A DNA stretch of 64,000 bases from an uncultured Rhodobacterales bacterium (GTDB lineage Bacteria > Pseudomonadota > Alphaproteobacteria > Rhodobacterales > Rhodobacteraceae), in contig CAYRKW010000003.1 of NCBI GenBank assembly GCA_964425135.1, forward strand, positions 618 to 64,617, read 5' to 3'. Positions within the stretch are counted from its first letter, which is position 1. Each line of letters starts with the position of its first letter. Shown one piece after another: positions 1 through 9,718 of this stretch. Position numbers and translations under genes: made by a program. The notes beneath the pieces are model-generated. The model ran no database searches. It was not told the DNA's origin and saw only the letters and a list, made by a program, of their open reading frames with translations.

Positions 1-2
1 TT

Positions 3-2684
3 GACGTTGTCCTCACTGAAATTGCGGATGTCGCAGGCGACGCAACAACTTCGGCCACGCTTGAGGTTGATGGAGCAATCGAAGGGACGATTGCCTATCA
101 GGGGGACACGGACTGGATCCGCGTCGACCTTGAGCCTGGAAGGATTTACACAGCTGAGGCGACCGGCAATGTCAGCTTTGGGTTTACGACAGAGACGTCT
201 CCCTTTTCGTCCGGTCCAACGTCATTTTCCCCCGATCCGGGCGAGACATATTTCCTTGCGGTGACCAGTACGACCATAGGCGACTATTCGGTGAATTTGC
301 GCGAGGAACCCGATGTCCCCGGAGATACATCGACGCAAAATACGCTTGAGCTTGGTGTGGAGACTGTCAGCGCGCTTGTGTCCGGGGAAGATAGCGACTG
401 GTATCGCGTCGATCTTGAAGCAGGTGAAAATTACACGGTCACAATAAGCGGATTTCAAAATCTCGCGTTGCGCGATGCAACCGGCAATCTCATCAAGCAG
501 GCTGCTCAGGGTCTATCGCATGTCGCGCAGTATGACGGTGTCCATTTTGTCTCGGTTGAAGATGAAAATCTTGAAACGCCTATGCAATATGCCTTGCGGA
601 TCGAGCGGAGCGACGACCTTCCCGCTGACGCTTCAACGCCGCTCACAATCTCGCCTGATGAAACTGTAAGCGTTAGCGGACGCATAGATTTTACCGGAGA
701 TATTGATTGGATCCGTTTGGATGTCGATGCGGGACGCAGCTATCAGATTATTGATGAGAGCCTTCCCAACCTTGAGATTGTCGATAAGGACGGAAACCTC
801 CTCTACATGTCCTTTTCGTTTCAGAACCTCAGATTTGATGGCGACGAAGGCACGGAAGTCTACTTGCGTGTGGGGTCAGATATCATTTCTGACTACAGTT
901 TCACCTTCCGTGAGATAGCCGATATCCCCGACGATAACTCCACGCAGGAGACCGTCACCATTGGCACAACAACAAGTGTATCGTCTGAATTCTCCGGCGA
1001 CGAAGATTGGTATCGTGTGACGTTGGAAGCAGGCCAATCCTATCTGGCCCAAGCCGATGATGCTGACATTGCGTTCTACGGTCCGGACGGGGAGGAGATT
1101 GGTTTCGACAACCGAACCCTGGAATTCACGGTACCTGAGGATGGCGACTATTTCATCGGTGTGAGTGTCTGGGAGGCCTTCACCAGTTCTTCTCTTACGA
1201 TCTCGGAGGTGTTCGAAGTTCCCGGAAACAATGCATCCACCGAAAACTTGGCAGTTGGTGAAACCATTTCGGTTGAGATCGGCTTTGAAGGAGATCGGGA
1301 CTGGTATCGCGTCTCGGTGCGCGAAGGGCAATCCTACAAATTGACAACGGAAACAGGCGTATTCACTGAGTTTGAACAATTCGAGCCAGTTGGATTTGTG
1401 ACCGATACCAACGTTGGCCCTGTCTTCTTTGCGCAAACGGATGGTGAGATATTTGCAAGTTTCTTTGGGTTTGAAGAAGGCTCGTATACTGCATCTTTGG
1501 AAGAGTTCTTTGATGTCCCCGACGGATACGAAACGCCGTTCCGATTGACATTGGATGAGACACTAACCGGTCGCATCGATTTCCAATCAGACCATGACAG
1601 CTACAAAGTCGCGTTGAATGAAGGTGAGGACTACTTGCTTTCGATTGTTGGAGCTCAAAGAGCGTCAGTGCAAGCGCCGGGCGGAACTTTTCTACCTGTG
1701 CCAAATGGAACGACGTCTTACACCTTCACCGCAGGCGAAAGCGGTGACTGGTTGATCATGTATAGAGGGCTGCAAGAAGAGGATTATTCCCTGACAATCG
1801 AAGCTCTGACCGAGCTGCCGCCTGATCCGACCGCTCCAGAACCGACGAGCACTCAAGACTATGAAAATCTGTTCGTCGGCGATGAGGGCGACAATCCGAT
1901 CGTCGGCACGCCGGATGCGGATTGGATCGTCGGCGGCGTTGGTCGCGACGACATTCAAGGGCTGGACGGTGACGACTACATTGCTGCGGGTGCTGGTAAT
2001 GACTGGCATGTGCGCGGCGGTGCCGGTGCAGATATCTATCAATTCGGGTTTGGCGATAATGACATTGTGATCACCGATTGGCAGGCAGGCATCGACAAAA
2101 TTCGCTTGATGGATGGGTTGAACCTTGATGATTTGTCCGTCACGCAAGCGACATTCGGCGGTTTGGCGCGCACCTATCTGTCAACGTCTCATGGGGACCG
2201 TTTGATCCTCGTCAACCAAACGGCCGCGGCGCTGTCGGTGGATGATTTTGTCTCGTTTGAGAGCGGCTCTGGCTTGCAACTTTCCGACTATGACAGCCTG
2301 TTTGTGGGTGATGATCTGAACAATCCGCTTATCGGCACGGATCAAGCCGATTGGATCGTTGGTGGGGCAGGTCGTGATGATATCCAAGCACGTGATGGCG
2401 ATGATTATATTGCCGCAGGCTCGGGCAATGATTGGCATGTTCGCGGTGGGACTGGGGCGGATATCTACCAGTTTGGTCCGGGCGACAACGATATCGCGGT
2501 AACGGATTGGCAAGCCGGGATCGACAAAATTCACCTGTCAGACGGCTTGGCCCTTGATGATCTGACGGTCATCGAAGCGACGTTTGGCGGTGTGACGCGA
2601 ACCACCCTTTCAACAGAGCAAGGGGACCGTTTGATCCTGATCAACCAGCAAGCTGCAGACATTTCACAAGACGATTTTATTTGA
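3..2684 (+). CDS. Secreted repeat protein, 5-prime truncated by the window edge: at least 6 PPC (pre-peptidase C-terminal)-like modules of about 100 aa, followed by two RTX/hemolysin-type Ca-binding modules of about 135 aa; probable type I secretion substrate
   Basis: Frame 3 is open from nt 3, with no stop before the listed GTG at 261. A DWYRV/DWIRVD/DWIRLD motif recurs about every 100 aa after a D-[VIL]-P-x-D-x-S-T lead-in. The C-terminus carries GGxGxD runs (GGVGRDDIQGLDGDDYIAAGAGND and GGAGRDDIQARDGDDYIAAGSGND) in two tandem copies at about 1861-2265 and 2290-2684. The protein is acidic and Cys-free. Confidence 0.8.
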   Translation, partial: DVVLTEIADVAGDATTSATLEVDGAIEGTIAYQGDTDWIRVDLEPGRIYTAEATGNVSFGFTTETSPFSSGPTSFSPDPGETYFLAVTSTTIGDYSVNLREEPDVPGDTSTQNTLELGVETVSALVSGEDSDWYRVDLEAGENYTVTISGFQNLALRDATGNLIKQAAQGLSHVAQYDGVHFVSVEDENLETPMQYALRIERSDDLPADASTPLTISPDETVSVSGRIDFTGDIDWIRLDVDAGRSYQIIDESLPNLEIVDKDGNLLYMSFSFQNLRFDGDEGTEVYLRVGSDIISDYSFTFREIADIPDDNSTQETVTIGTTTSVSSEFSGDEDWYRVTLEAGQSYLAQADDADIAFYGPDGEEIGFDNRTLEFTVPEDGDYFIGVSVWEAFTSSSLTISEVFEVPGNNASTENLAVGETISVEIGFEGDRDWYRVSVREGQSYKLTTETGVFTEFEQFEPVGFVTDTNVGPVFFAQTDGEIFASFFGFEEGSYTASLEEFFDVPDGYETPFRLTLDETLTGRIDFQSDHDSYKVALNEGEDYLLSIVGAQRASVQAPGGTFLPVPNGTTSYTFTAGESGDWLIMYRGLQEEDYSLTIEALTELPPDPTAPEPTSTQDYENLFVGDEGDNPIVGTPDADWIVGGVGRDDIQGLDGDDYIAAGAGNDWHVRGGAGADIYQFGFGDNDIVITDWQAGIDKIRLMDGLNLDDLSVTQATFGGLARTYLSTSHGDRLILVNQTAAALSVDDFVSFESGSGLQLSDYDSLFVGDDLNNPLIGTDQADWIVGGAGRDDIQARDGDDYIAAGSGNDWHVRGGTGADIYQFGPGDNDIAVTDWQAGIDKIHLSDGLALDDLTVIEATFGGVTRTTLSTEQGDRLILINQQAADISQDDFI

Positions 2685-2780
2685 TGTGACTTGGACAGGC
2701 GGCAAACGATGCTTTTTGACCGGGCCTTTGAGCAGCATTATCGCCCGGACAATCAATCGCGCACGAAAGTGACGTCGTTC

Positions 2781-3044
2781 TCATACCACGATGCAGGTTC
2801 GAGGCACGCCATCCACTTTGAGCGTCTGTCCGGTCACGAATGCAGAAGAGCCCGCGGCAAAGAACAAAGCCGTGCCGACGATGTCTTGCGGTGCCGTGGT
2901 CTCGCGACTTTGGTTGTGAAGCGGCGGATCAAGGCGATTTAGACGCTCAAGGCCGAAGGTGTGGGGATTGAGCAATTCACCGAATTGGCGCTTTCGATTT
3001 GCGAACACGCGATTATTATGCGCACCTTCGAAGTGATTTAACAA
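2781..3044 (-). pseudogene. Possible degenerate remnant of a short-chain dehydrogenase C-terminus
   Basis: The ORF ends ...PQDIVGTALFFAAGSSAFVTGQTLKVDGV, which resembles the conserved SDR C-terminal block (DIA..v.FLaSd.asfvTGq.l.VDGG). No Rossmann N-terminus is present. It lies in a 437-nt gap. Confidence 0.35.
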
Positions 3045-3121
3045 GGCGCTTCGAAGGTGTTACGGGACACGCCCGAAGCGCTTGAAAAAGGTATTTTGGC
3101 GCCCAGGACGACAGGTAATCG

Positions 3122-4606
3122 ATGGATCAAGCACAGATTGACGCATTGCGCGCAGCCCCCGTTCCGCCAGGACAGCTTTGGATCAACGGACAGCACAGGG
3201 ACGCGCAGGACAATGCCGTGCTCGATGTGATGTCTCCGCTGAATGGCACGGTTTTGACAACCATTGCACGCGGCTCTGCGGCGGATATGGACAGCGCGAT
3301 TTCGGCGGCGCGCGTGGCCTTTGATGATGGGCGCTGGTCCGACATGGCGCCAGCGGCACGCAAGGCGATCTTGCTGAAATGGGCCGCGCTGATTGAAGAC
3401 AACGCGCTCGAACTGGCTGTTTTGGGCGTTCGGGATAATGGCACCGAGATTGGCATGGCATTGAAGGCTGAACCAATGTCAGCGGCCAGCACGATCCGCT
3501 ATGCGGCTGAGGCGATTGACAAGCTCTACGGTCAGATTGCGCCGACTGACACCAGCACCCTTGGCCTTGTACACCGCGAACCGGTGGGGGTGGTCGGCGC
3601 AATTGTGCCGTGGAACTTTCCGCTGATGATCGGTGCGTGGAAGCTTGGTCCCGCTCTGGCGGCGGGCAATACGGTGGTGATCAAACCGCCTGAGACCGCC
3701 TCACTCACGCTGCTGCGGATCGCTGAGTTGGCTGGTCAGGCGGGTTTGCCCGATGGCGTTTTGAACGTTGTTACCGGCTTGGGTGCCGAGGCGGGCGAGG
3801 CGCTGTCGTTGTCGATGGACGTGGACGTGATCGCCTTCACCGGCTCCGGTCCGGTGGGCAAACGTTTGATGGCAAATGCGGCGGCGTCGAATTTCAAACG
3901 GGTTTATCTGGAGCTGGGAGGCAAATCGCCCAACGTCGTCTTCGCCGATGCGCCCGATCTGGAGGAGGCCGCAAAGACCGCTGCTTTTGGCGTGTTTCGC
4001 AATGCAGGTCAGGTGTGCATCGCGGGCACACGGCTCTTGGTCGAACGCCCGATCCATGATGATTTCGTGGCCCGCATGGTGGCCATCACCGAAGAGATGG
4101 TGCTGGGTGATCCGCTCGACATTCGCACAATGGCGGGGGCCGTGAATAATGCCGCGCAGCTGGAGCAGAACCTGAAATTCGTCTCAGACGCCCGCGCCGC
4201 TGGTGCTACGATCTGCACAGGTGGCCAGCGCATTCTTCAGGACACAGGCGGCTATTTTATGGCCCCGACGATTATATCCAATCTTAAAACCACCGACCCT
4301 GTCGTGCGCAAAGAGGTGTTTGGCCCGATCCTCGCGGTGATCCCGTTTGATACCGAAGAGGAGGCGGTTGCGCTTGCAAATGACACGGAATACGGCCTCG
4401 CGGCCGGTGTCTGGACGGCAAACCTGTCGCGTGCGCACCGGATGGTGCGCAAAATCAAGGCCGGTGTTGTGCATGTCAACACTTACGGCGGAGCGGATGG
4501 GTCTGTGCCGCTTGGCGGGCATAAACAGTCAGGCAACGGGTCTGACAAATCGTTGCATGCTTTTGATAAATTCCTGAACCTCAAGACGGCCTGGATCAAA
4601 CTATGA
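3122..4606 (+). CDS. NAD(P)-dependent aldehyde dehydrogenase family protein
   Basis: 494 aa with ALDH motifs VPWNFPL, ELGGKSP and the catalytic Cys context FRNAGQVCIAGTRLLV. Confidence 0.9.
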   Translation: MDQAQIDALRAAPVPPGQLWINGQHRDAQDNAVLDVMSPLNGTVLTTIARGSAADMDSAISAARVAFDDGRWSDMAPAARKAILLKWAALIEDNALELAVLGVRDNGTEIGMALKAEPMSAASTIRYAAEAIDKLYGQIAPTDTSTLGLVHREPVGVVGAIVPWNFPLMIGAWKLGPALAAGNTVVIKPPETASLTLLRIAELAGQAGLPDGVLNVVTGLGAEAGEALSLSMDVDVIAFTGSGPVGKRLMANAAASNFKRVYLELGGKSPNVVFADAPDLEEAAKTAAFGVFRNAGQVCIAGTRLLVERPIHDDFVARMVAITEEMVLGDPLDIRTMAGAVNNAAQLEQNLKFVSDARAAGATICTGGQRILQDTGGYFMAPTIISNLKTTDPVVRKEVFGPILAVIPFDTEEEAVALANDTEYGLAAGVWTANLSRAHRMVRKIKAGVVHVNTYGGADGSVPLGGHKQSGNGSDKSLHAFDKFLNLKTAWIKL

Positions 4607-4714
4607 TCGAACCGGTTAAGCCGCCGGTTGGGATATCATCGCTGAATACTGCTGAAACAAAATAGCGTGTCGCGGCTGATGCGTTACGCGTCTTTGGCAC
4701 TATGACATCAAGGG

Positions 4715-5443
4715 TCAGACGGCAGTGAACCCGCCGTCGATTGGGAGGGCGACGCCCGAAATCATCGACGCCGCATCGCTCAGCAGAAATACGATAGGCG
4801 CTGCAATTTCGTCTTCTGTTGCCCAACGTCCCAACGGCATTGTCTCAAGGAACGGCTTTTCGATGTCTTCACGTCCCCAATACCACGCCGACATCGGGGT
4901 CATCACGACCGTCGGCTGCACGCCGTTAACGCGAATGTTGTACTGGCCCAGCTCCAATGCCGAGACACGCGTGATATTGTCGAGGGCCGCTTTGGACGAT
5001 CCGTAAGAGATATGACCCTTCAGCGCCACAAGGCTTGCCTGGCTTGAGACATTGACAATGGAGCCGCCTTTGCCCAGACGGATCATCGATTGCGAGGCGT
5101 ATTTCGTCACCAAAAGCGATCCGCGCGCATTGATCGAGATGACCTTGTCGAACACGTCAATGTCGGTGTCCATCGGGGTTGCGATCTCGCCGCCAAAGCC
5201 GCCGCAATTGACAACCCCGTAAAGGTCGAGCCCCTCCAGCGCATCTTTAACACTGTCCTCAAGCGTCAGATCAAAGGGCAGCGCGCGGCATCCGGTCTCT
5301 TTGGCCAAGGCCTCCAGCGCTTCCTCGTTGCGACCGCTGGCAATCACATCGGCCCCGGCCTCAACCAGTTGGCGAACGGTGGCACCGCCAATTCCGCCGC
5401 TTGCACCTGTGACCAGAATTGCGCCCTTGTCTAAGCCTTTCAT
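4715..5443 (-). CDS. SDR family oxidoreductase
   Basis: 242 aa; TGASGGIG cofactor motif, YGSSKAAL (YxxxK) catalytic motif, and a C-terminal PIDGGF block. Confidence 0.9.
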   Translation of the reverse strand: MKGLDKGAILVTGASGGIGGATVRQLVEAGADVIASGRNEEALEALAKETGCRALPFDLTLEDSVKDALEGLDLYGVVNCGGFGGEIATPMDTDIDVFDKVISINARGSLLVTKYASQSMIRLGKGGSIVNVSSQASLVALKGHISYGSSKAALDNITRVSALELGQYNIRVNGVQPTVVMTPMSAWYWGREDIEKPFLETMPLGRWATEDEIAAPIVFLLSDAASMISGVALPIDGGFTAV

Positions 5444-5476
5444 TTCAAGTCCTTTCCTTGCAGCGCTGTCTCTGCC

Positions 5477-6553
5477 TTACGTGTTAGCATAAAGTGCCGC
5501 GCCGCTTTGCGCGTCGAAGATCGGCGCTTTTTCCAACGTGACATGAAAGTTTTGTTCGGTGCCCAAGGCAATATCCACACCGGCCGGCAGGCGCGCCATC
5601 ACCCGCTCGCCATTGACGCGCAATGACGCGTAGACATCGGGGCCGGTCGGCTCGATCAGTTCAGCCGTTGCACGCAAGGGCGCGCCGCGACCTTCCAGAT
5701 TGATCCATTCGGGGCGCAGACCCAGCATCACAGATTGTCCTGCCGAAGGGGGCGCGGCGATCTGCGAGAGCGGTAGCGATTGATCGCCTATCTTGATCGC
5801 ACTTGCGTCCGCCCCGCCTTCGGCTGGGATCAGATTCATCGCGGGCGAGCCCATAAAGGTCGCGACAAAGGTATTGGCGGGTCTGTCGTAAATCTCGGCC
5901 GGGGTGCCAAGCTGCTGGATCAGACCGCCCTCCATCACGGCGATCCGGCTGGCCATGGTCATGGCTTCAACCTGATCGTGGGTCACATAGACCATGGTTT
6001 TGCCCAGCCGCTGGTGCAGTAATTTGATCTCTGTGCGCATATCGACCCGCAGCTTGGCGTCAAGGTTCGACAGCGGCTCATCAAAGAGAAAGAGCTTGGG
6101 GTCCCGCACCAATGCGCGCCCCATCGCGACCCGCTGACGTTGCCCGCCAGAGAGCGCGGCAGGCTTGCGTTTCAAGAGATGACCGATCTGCAAAAGCTCG
6201 GCGACGTCGTTGACTGTCGCGGTCTGCTCGGCTTTGGGCACCCCGGCCATACGCAGCGGAAACGCCATGTTCTTTTCGACCGTCATCGATGGGTAAAGCG
6301 CGTAGGACTGGAACACCATCGCGATGTTGCGGTCTTTGGGTTCTTGATTGTCGATCCGGTCTCCATCGAGGCGGATTTCGCCGCCCGAGGGGTTCAGAAG
6401 ACCTGCGATCATGTTGAGCAAGGTGGATTTGCCGCAGCCTGATGGGCCGACGAGGACGATCAACTCACCTTCGTCGATGTCGATGCTGACCTCTTTGAGC
6501 ACTTCGGTCATGCCGAAGGACTTGGACACGCGGTCGATGATAAGTTGCGTCAT
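5477..6553 (-). CDS. Sugar-type ABC transporter ATP-binding protein (MalK/UgpC-like)
   Basis: Walker A GPSGCGKST, signature LSGGQRQRV, Walker B LFLFDEPLS, and a C-terminal regulatory-domain extension. Confidence 0.9.
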   Translation of the reverse strand: MTQLIIDRVSKSFGMTEVLKEVSIDIDEGELIVLVGPSGCGKSTLLNMIAGLLNPSGGEIRLDGDRIDNQEPKDRNIAMVFQSYALYPSMTVEKNMAFPLRMAGVPKAEQTATVNDVAELLQIGHLLKRKPAALSGGQRQRVAMGRALVRDPKLFLFDEPLSNLDAKLRVDMRTEIKLLHQRLGKTMVYVTHDQVEAMTMASRIAVMEGGLIQQLGTPAEIYDRPANTFVATFMGSPAMNLIPAEGGADASAIKIGDQSLPLSQIAAPPSAGQSVMLGLRPEWINLEGRGAPLRATAELIEPTGPDVYASLRVNGERVMARLPAGVDIALGTEQNFHVTLEKAPIFDAQSGAALYANT

Positions 6554-6556
6554 GGT

Positions 6557-7441
6557 TTATCCCTTTACCGCGCCAGAGGTGAGACCACGCACGAAGTATC
6601 GTCCGCCCACGATGTAGACGAGCATGGTCGGCAAGGCCGCGATCATCGCGCCTGCCATATCGATGTTATAGGCTTTGGTCCCTGTCGAGGTGTTCACCAG
6701 ATTGTTGAGCGCGACCATCAGGGGCCGCGCATCCGCGCCTGCAAAGGACGCGCCAAAGAGGAAGTCGTTCCACACGCCCGTGAATTGCCAGATGATCGCG
6801 ACCACAAAGATCGGCGCGGAGATCGGCACGAGGATCAAAAAGAAGATCGCCCAGAACCCGGCGCCGTCGATGCGGGCGGCCTTCACCAATTCATCGGGGA
6901 TCGTGACGTAAAAGTTGCGGAAGAACAGCGTGGTGAATGGAACGCCGTAGCACACATGCACAAAGACAAGTCCCGGAATGGTGCCCGCGATGTCCAGAAT
7001 GCCCAATAATCGCGCCATTGGGATCAGCACGATCTGAAACGGGATGAAGCAGCCAAACAGCAGCATGCCGAAGATGATGTTGTCACCGCGAAACCGCCAT
7101 TTCGACAAAACATAACCGTTCACAGCGCCCAGCATCACGGAAAAGAAAACCGCAAAGATCACCATCAGTGTCGAGTTCCAGAAATAGGACCGCAGTCCCT
7201 CGCAGGCGACAGCAATACAGGCCGATGACCAGGCCGCGCCCCAGGCTGCCGTTGACGGATCCTGGGGTGGTGTGAGGATCGTGTTGTTCTCAAACCCTGC
7301 CGCCCCTGTGATTTCCGGCATGGTTTTCAGGGATGTGAAAATCATGGCCATGAGCGGCATCAGGAAAAACGCTGCGCTGACCAGCAGGACGAAATAGACA
7401 AACGCCCTTTCGATTGTGAAGCGCGTTTTAACGGTCTCCAT
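6557..7441 (-). CDS. Carbohydrate ABC transporter permease
   Basis: 294-aa polytopic protein, operonic with the ATPase, containing an EAA-like loop (VKAARIDGAG). Confidence 0.85.
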   Translation of the reverse strand: METVKTRFTIERAFVYFVLLVSAAFFLMPLMAMIFTSLKTMPEITGAAGFENNTILTPPQDPSTAAWGAAWSSACIAVACEGLRSYFWNSTLMVIFAVFFSVMLGAVNGYVLSKWRFRGDNIIFGMLLFGCFIPFQIVLIPMARLLGILDIAGTIPGLVFVHVCYGVPFTTLFFRNFYVTIPDELVKAARIDGAGFWAIFFLILVPISAPIFVVAIIWQFTGVWNDFLFGASFAGADARPLMVALNNLVNTSTGTKAYNIDMAGAMIAALPTMLVYIVGGRYFVRGLTSGAVKG

Positions 7442-8324
7442 CGCGCAGCTCCGAATAAAGGTAGGGGACGATGAGGATCATGATCAGGACCAGCATCATC
7501 ACAGCCGACGACGCGCCAACCGCCATCTCGTTTCGAGAAAAGGTAAATTCGTACATAAAGGTCGATGGCAATTCGGTCGCAAAGCCCGGGCCACCACCCG
7601 TCAAAGCGACCACAAGGTCATAGCTTTTGATGGCCAAATGTCCCTGAACAACGATTGCGGTCAAAAACGCAGGGCGCAGGGCAGGCACAATCACGTGCCA
7701 GTATATGCGCGGCCTTGATGCGCCATCAATGCTGGCCGCGGCCAGAATTTCCGGGTTGATCCCGCGAAGGGCCGCCAGAAACAGCGCCATGACAAACCCG
7801 CTCGCCTGCCAGACCCCGGCAATCACAACGCAGTAGATCGCCATATCCGACTGGGTGATCCAATTAAACTCAAAGCTCTCCCAACCCCAGATTTGAAAGG
7901 CCCGCTCCAGCCCCAGATCGGGCGTCATGATCCATTGCCAGGCCACGCCCGTCACAATGAAGCTGAGCGCCATGGGATAGAGATAGATCGTCCGCAGCGC
8001 GCCTTCGGCCCGGATTTTTTGGTCGAGAAAAATCGCCAGCAACAGCCCGATGATGAGGGAGCCGCCAATGTAGAGAATGCCGAAGACCAGGAAATTGTCC
8101 ATCGCCACCTCCCAGCGGGGATGGTTCCACACGCGGGCGTAGTTGCTAAAGCCCTCCCATCGGTCAAACTGGGGCAGCATCCGCGATTTGGTGAAAGACA
8201 GGACAATCGTGACTGCGATGAAGCCATAGACGGTCACGGTGACCAGAATGAGGCTTGGCAGCAGCGTCAGTTGTGGGCCTAATTCCCGAAGTTTTCGCAT
8301 CGGACCTCTCGCAAGCCAAAGCAT
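7428..8324 (-). CDS. Carbohydrate ABC transporter permease (start uncertain; an internal Met at about 8300 is possible)
   Basis: 298-aa polytopic protein with EAA-like loop AASIDGASRPRIYWHV. It overlaps the downstream permease gene by 14 nt. Confidence 0.85.
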   Translation of the reverse strand: MLWLARGPMRKLRELGPQLTLLPSLILVTVTVYGFIAVTIVLSFTKSRMLPQFDRWEGFSNYARVWNHPRWEVAMDNFLVFGILYIGGSLIIGLLLAIFLDQKIRAEGALRTIYLYPMALSFIVTGVAWQWIMTPDLGLERAFQIWGWESFEFNWITQSDMAIYCVVIAGVWQASGFVMALFLAALRGINPEILAAASIDGASRPRIYWHVIVPALRPAFLTAIVVQGHLAIKSYDLVVALTGGGPGFATELPSTFMYEFTFSRNEMAVGASSAVMMLVLIMILIVPYLYSELRDGDR

Positions 8325-8366
8325 CGAAACGGCGCGGGGGCGGCATTTCTCACGTGGTCAAAAACT

Positions 8367-8392
8367 GCGGGCGACGATCGTTTGTCGCCCGC
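8367..8392 (-). terminator. Intercistronic hairpin/attenuator just downstream of the sugar SBP gene
   Basis: 9-bp perfect stem GCGGGCGAC/GTCGCCCGC with an 8-nt loop, followed on the minus strand by AGTTTTTG. Confidence 0.5.
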
Positions 8393-8414
8393 GCGGGGGG
8401 GGCAGTAATGGGGG

Positions 8415-9662
8415 TTACTGCGCGGCCGCAACCGATGTGACGAGCGCTGCAACAGCATCTTCAGCGGACTGATCAGAGTTCGCGAAGGCGGTTACAACAT
8501 CAAGATAGGCACCCTGGATCGAGGGAGGTTGACCATGACCATGGGCAAGCGAGCCATAAAGCTGATCCGCAGCCGTGGCTTCCGCCAAGTCCGCCATTGA
8601 GGTCTGTGCGCAGGCGTCAAAATTGTCCTGTGGCACATCTGTGCGGGCCGGGATCGAGCCTTTGGTCAGATTGAACGTCTCCTGAAAGGACACGGACATC
8701 ACCGATTGGGCCATGTTCTGCTGCGCTTCAACACGGTCTTCGCCTACGTCGAACATCGCAAAAAAGTCTGTGTTAAAGAGGAACGAGCCCTGCGTGCCCG
8801 GCACAACCGCACAGAGCACTTCGACGCCGGGTGTCAGGCCAGCTGCGACAACTTCGCCCTTCGCCCAATCCCCCATGATCTGCATGCCAGCTTCGCCGTT
8901 GATCACCATGGCCGTGGTCAGGTTCCAATCCCGCCCGGCATATCCATCATCTGCGTAGGACAGGATTTTACGGTAAATCTCAAAGGCTTCGACCATCTGA
9001 TCCGAGCCAAGCGCATCAGCATCCGCTTCGATAATGGCGGATTGATAAAGCTGAGGGTCAATGCTCAGGACAATGGCTTCCCAGATCGTGGCTTCCTGCC
9101 ACGCCTGTCCGCCCTGTGCGACAGCGGTGTAGCCAGCGGCTTCCATCGCGTCGGCTGCGGCAAAGAACTCATCCCAGTTTGTTGGCATCTCAAGGCCAAG
9201 CTCTTCGAAAATCGCAGCAGAGCCCCAGACCCAGTGTGGACGGTGCATGTTCACCGGCGCGGCCACCCAGTCACCTTCGTATTTACCGAAAGCCTGCACG
9301 GCAGGGGGGACAACGTCGTCCCAGCCCTCTGCGGCTGCGATTTCGTTCAAGCTGCCAAGAAAGCCTTCATCGGCCCACGCACGCACATTCATGCCCAGCA
9401 TCTGCGCCGCCGTTGGCGGATCGCCCGCAGTCACGCGCGCGCGCAGGGTGGTCATTGCGGCGTCTCCGCCGCCGCCTGCGATGGCCATATCGACCCAGCC
9501 TGTACCTTTGCCTGCAAGATCTTCTTTCAAAACAGACACAGCGGCCGCTTCGCCGCCCGAGGTCCACCAGTGCAAAACTTCAACATCATCCGCGGATACT
9601 GCTGTCGCACCGACCAGTCCGATTGTGAGCGCAGCAAATGCGCAGGTTGATTTCAGTTTCAT
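8415..9662 (-). CDS. ABC transporter extracellular solute-binding protein (sugar family)
   Basis: Start placed at the internal Met MKLKSTCAFAALTIGLVGATAVSA, which gives a signal peptide. Size is about 415 aa and it is operonic with the two permeases and the ATPase. Confidence 0.85.
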   Translation of the reverse strand: MKLKSTCAFAALTIGLVGATAVSADDVEVLHWWTSGGEAAAVSVLKEDLAGKGTGWVDMAIAGGGGDAAMTTLRARVTAGDPPTAAQMLGMNVRAWADEGFLGSLNEIAAAEGWDDVVPPAVQAFGKYEGDWVAAPVNMHRPHWVWGSAAIFEELGLEMPTNWDEFFAAADAMEAAGYTAVAQGGQAWQEATIWEAIVLSIDPQLYQSAIIEADADALGSDQMVEAFEIYRKILSYADDGYAGRDWNLTTAMVINGEAGMQIMGDWAKGEVVAAGLTPGVEVLCAVVPGTQGSFLFNTDFFAMFDVGEDRVEAQQNMAQSVMSVSFQETFNLTKGSIPARTDVPQDNFDACAQTSMADLAEATAADQLYGSLAHGHGQPPSIQGAYLDVVTAFANSDQSAEDAVAALVTSVAAAQ

Positions 9663-9718
9663 ATTGAGTTCTCCCAAAGTGAATGTAATTTGTATTGTAG
9701 CAATACAAAACAAATTCT

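Noticed and set aside
1-264. Listed 87-aa ORF in frame 1 at the window start
   Set aside because: Frame 3 over the same bases continues the PPC-repeat protein without a stop and carries the DTDWIRVD module motif. The frame-1 product is Arg/Leu-rich with no motif.
8706-9650. 314-aa plus-strand ORF
   Set aside because: It is antisense to a well-supported solute-binding protein gene. It is Arg/His/Cys-rich with no motifs, a typical shadow ORF in GC-rich DNA.
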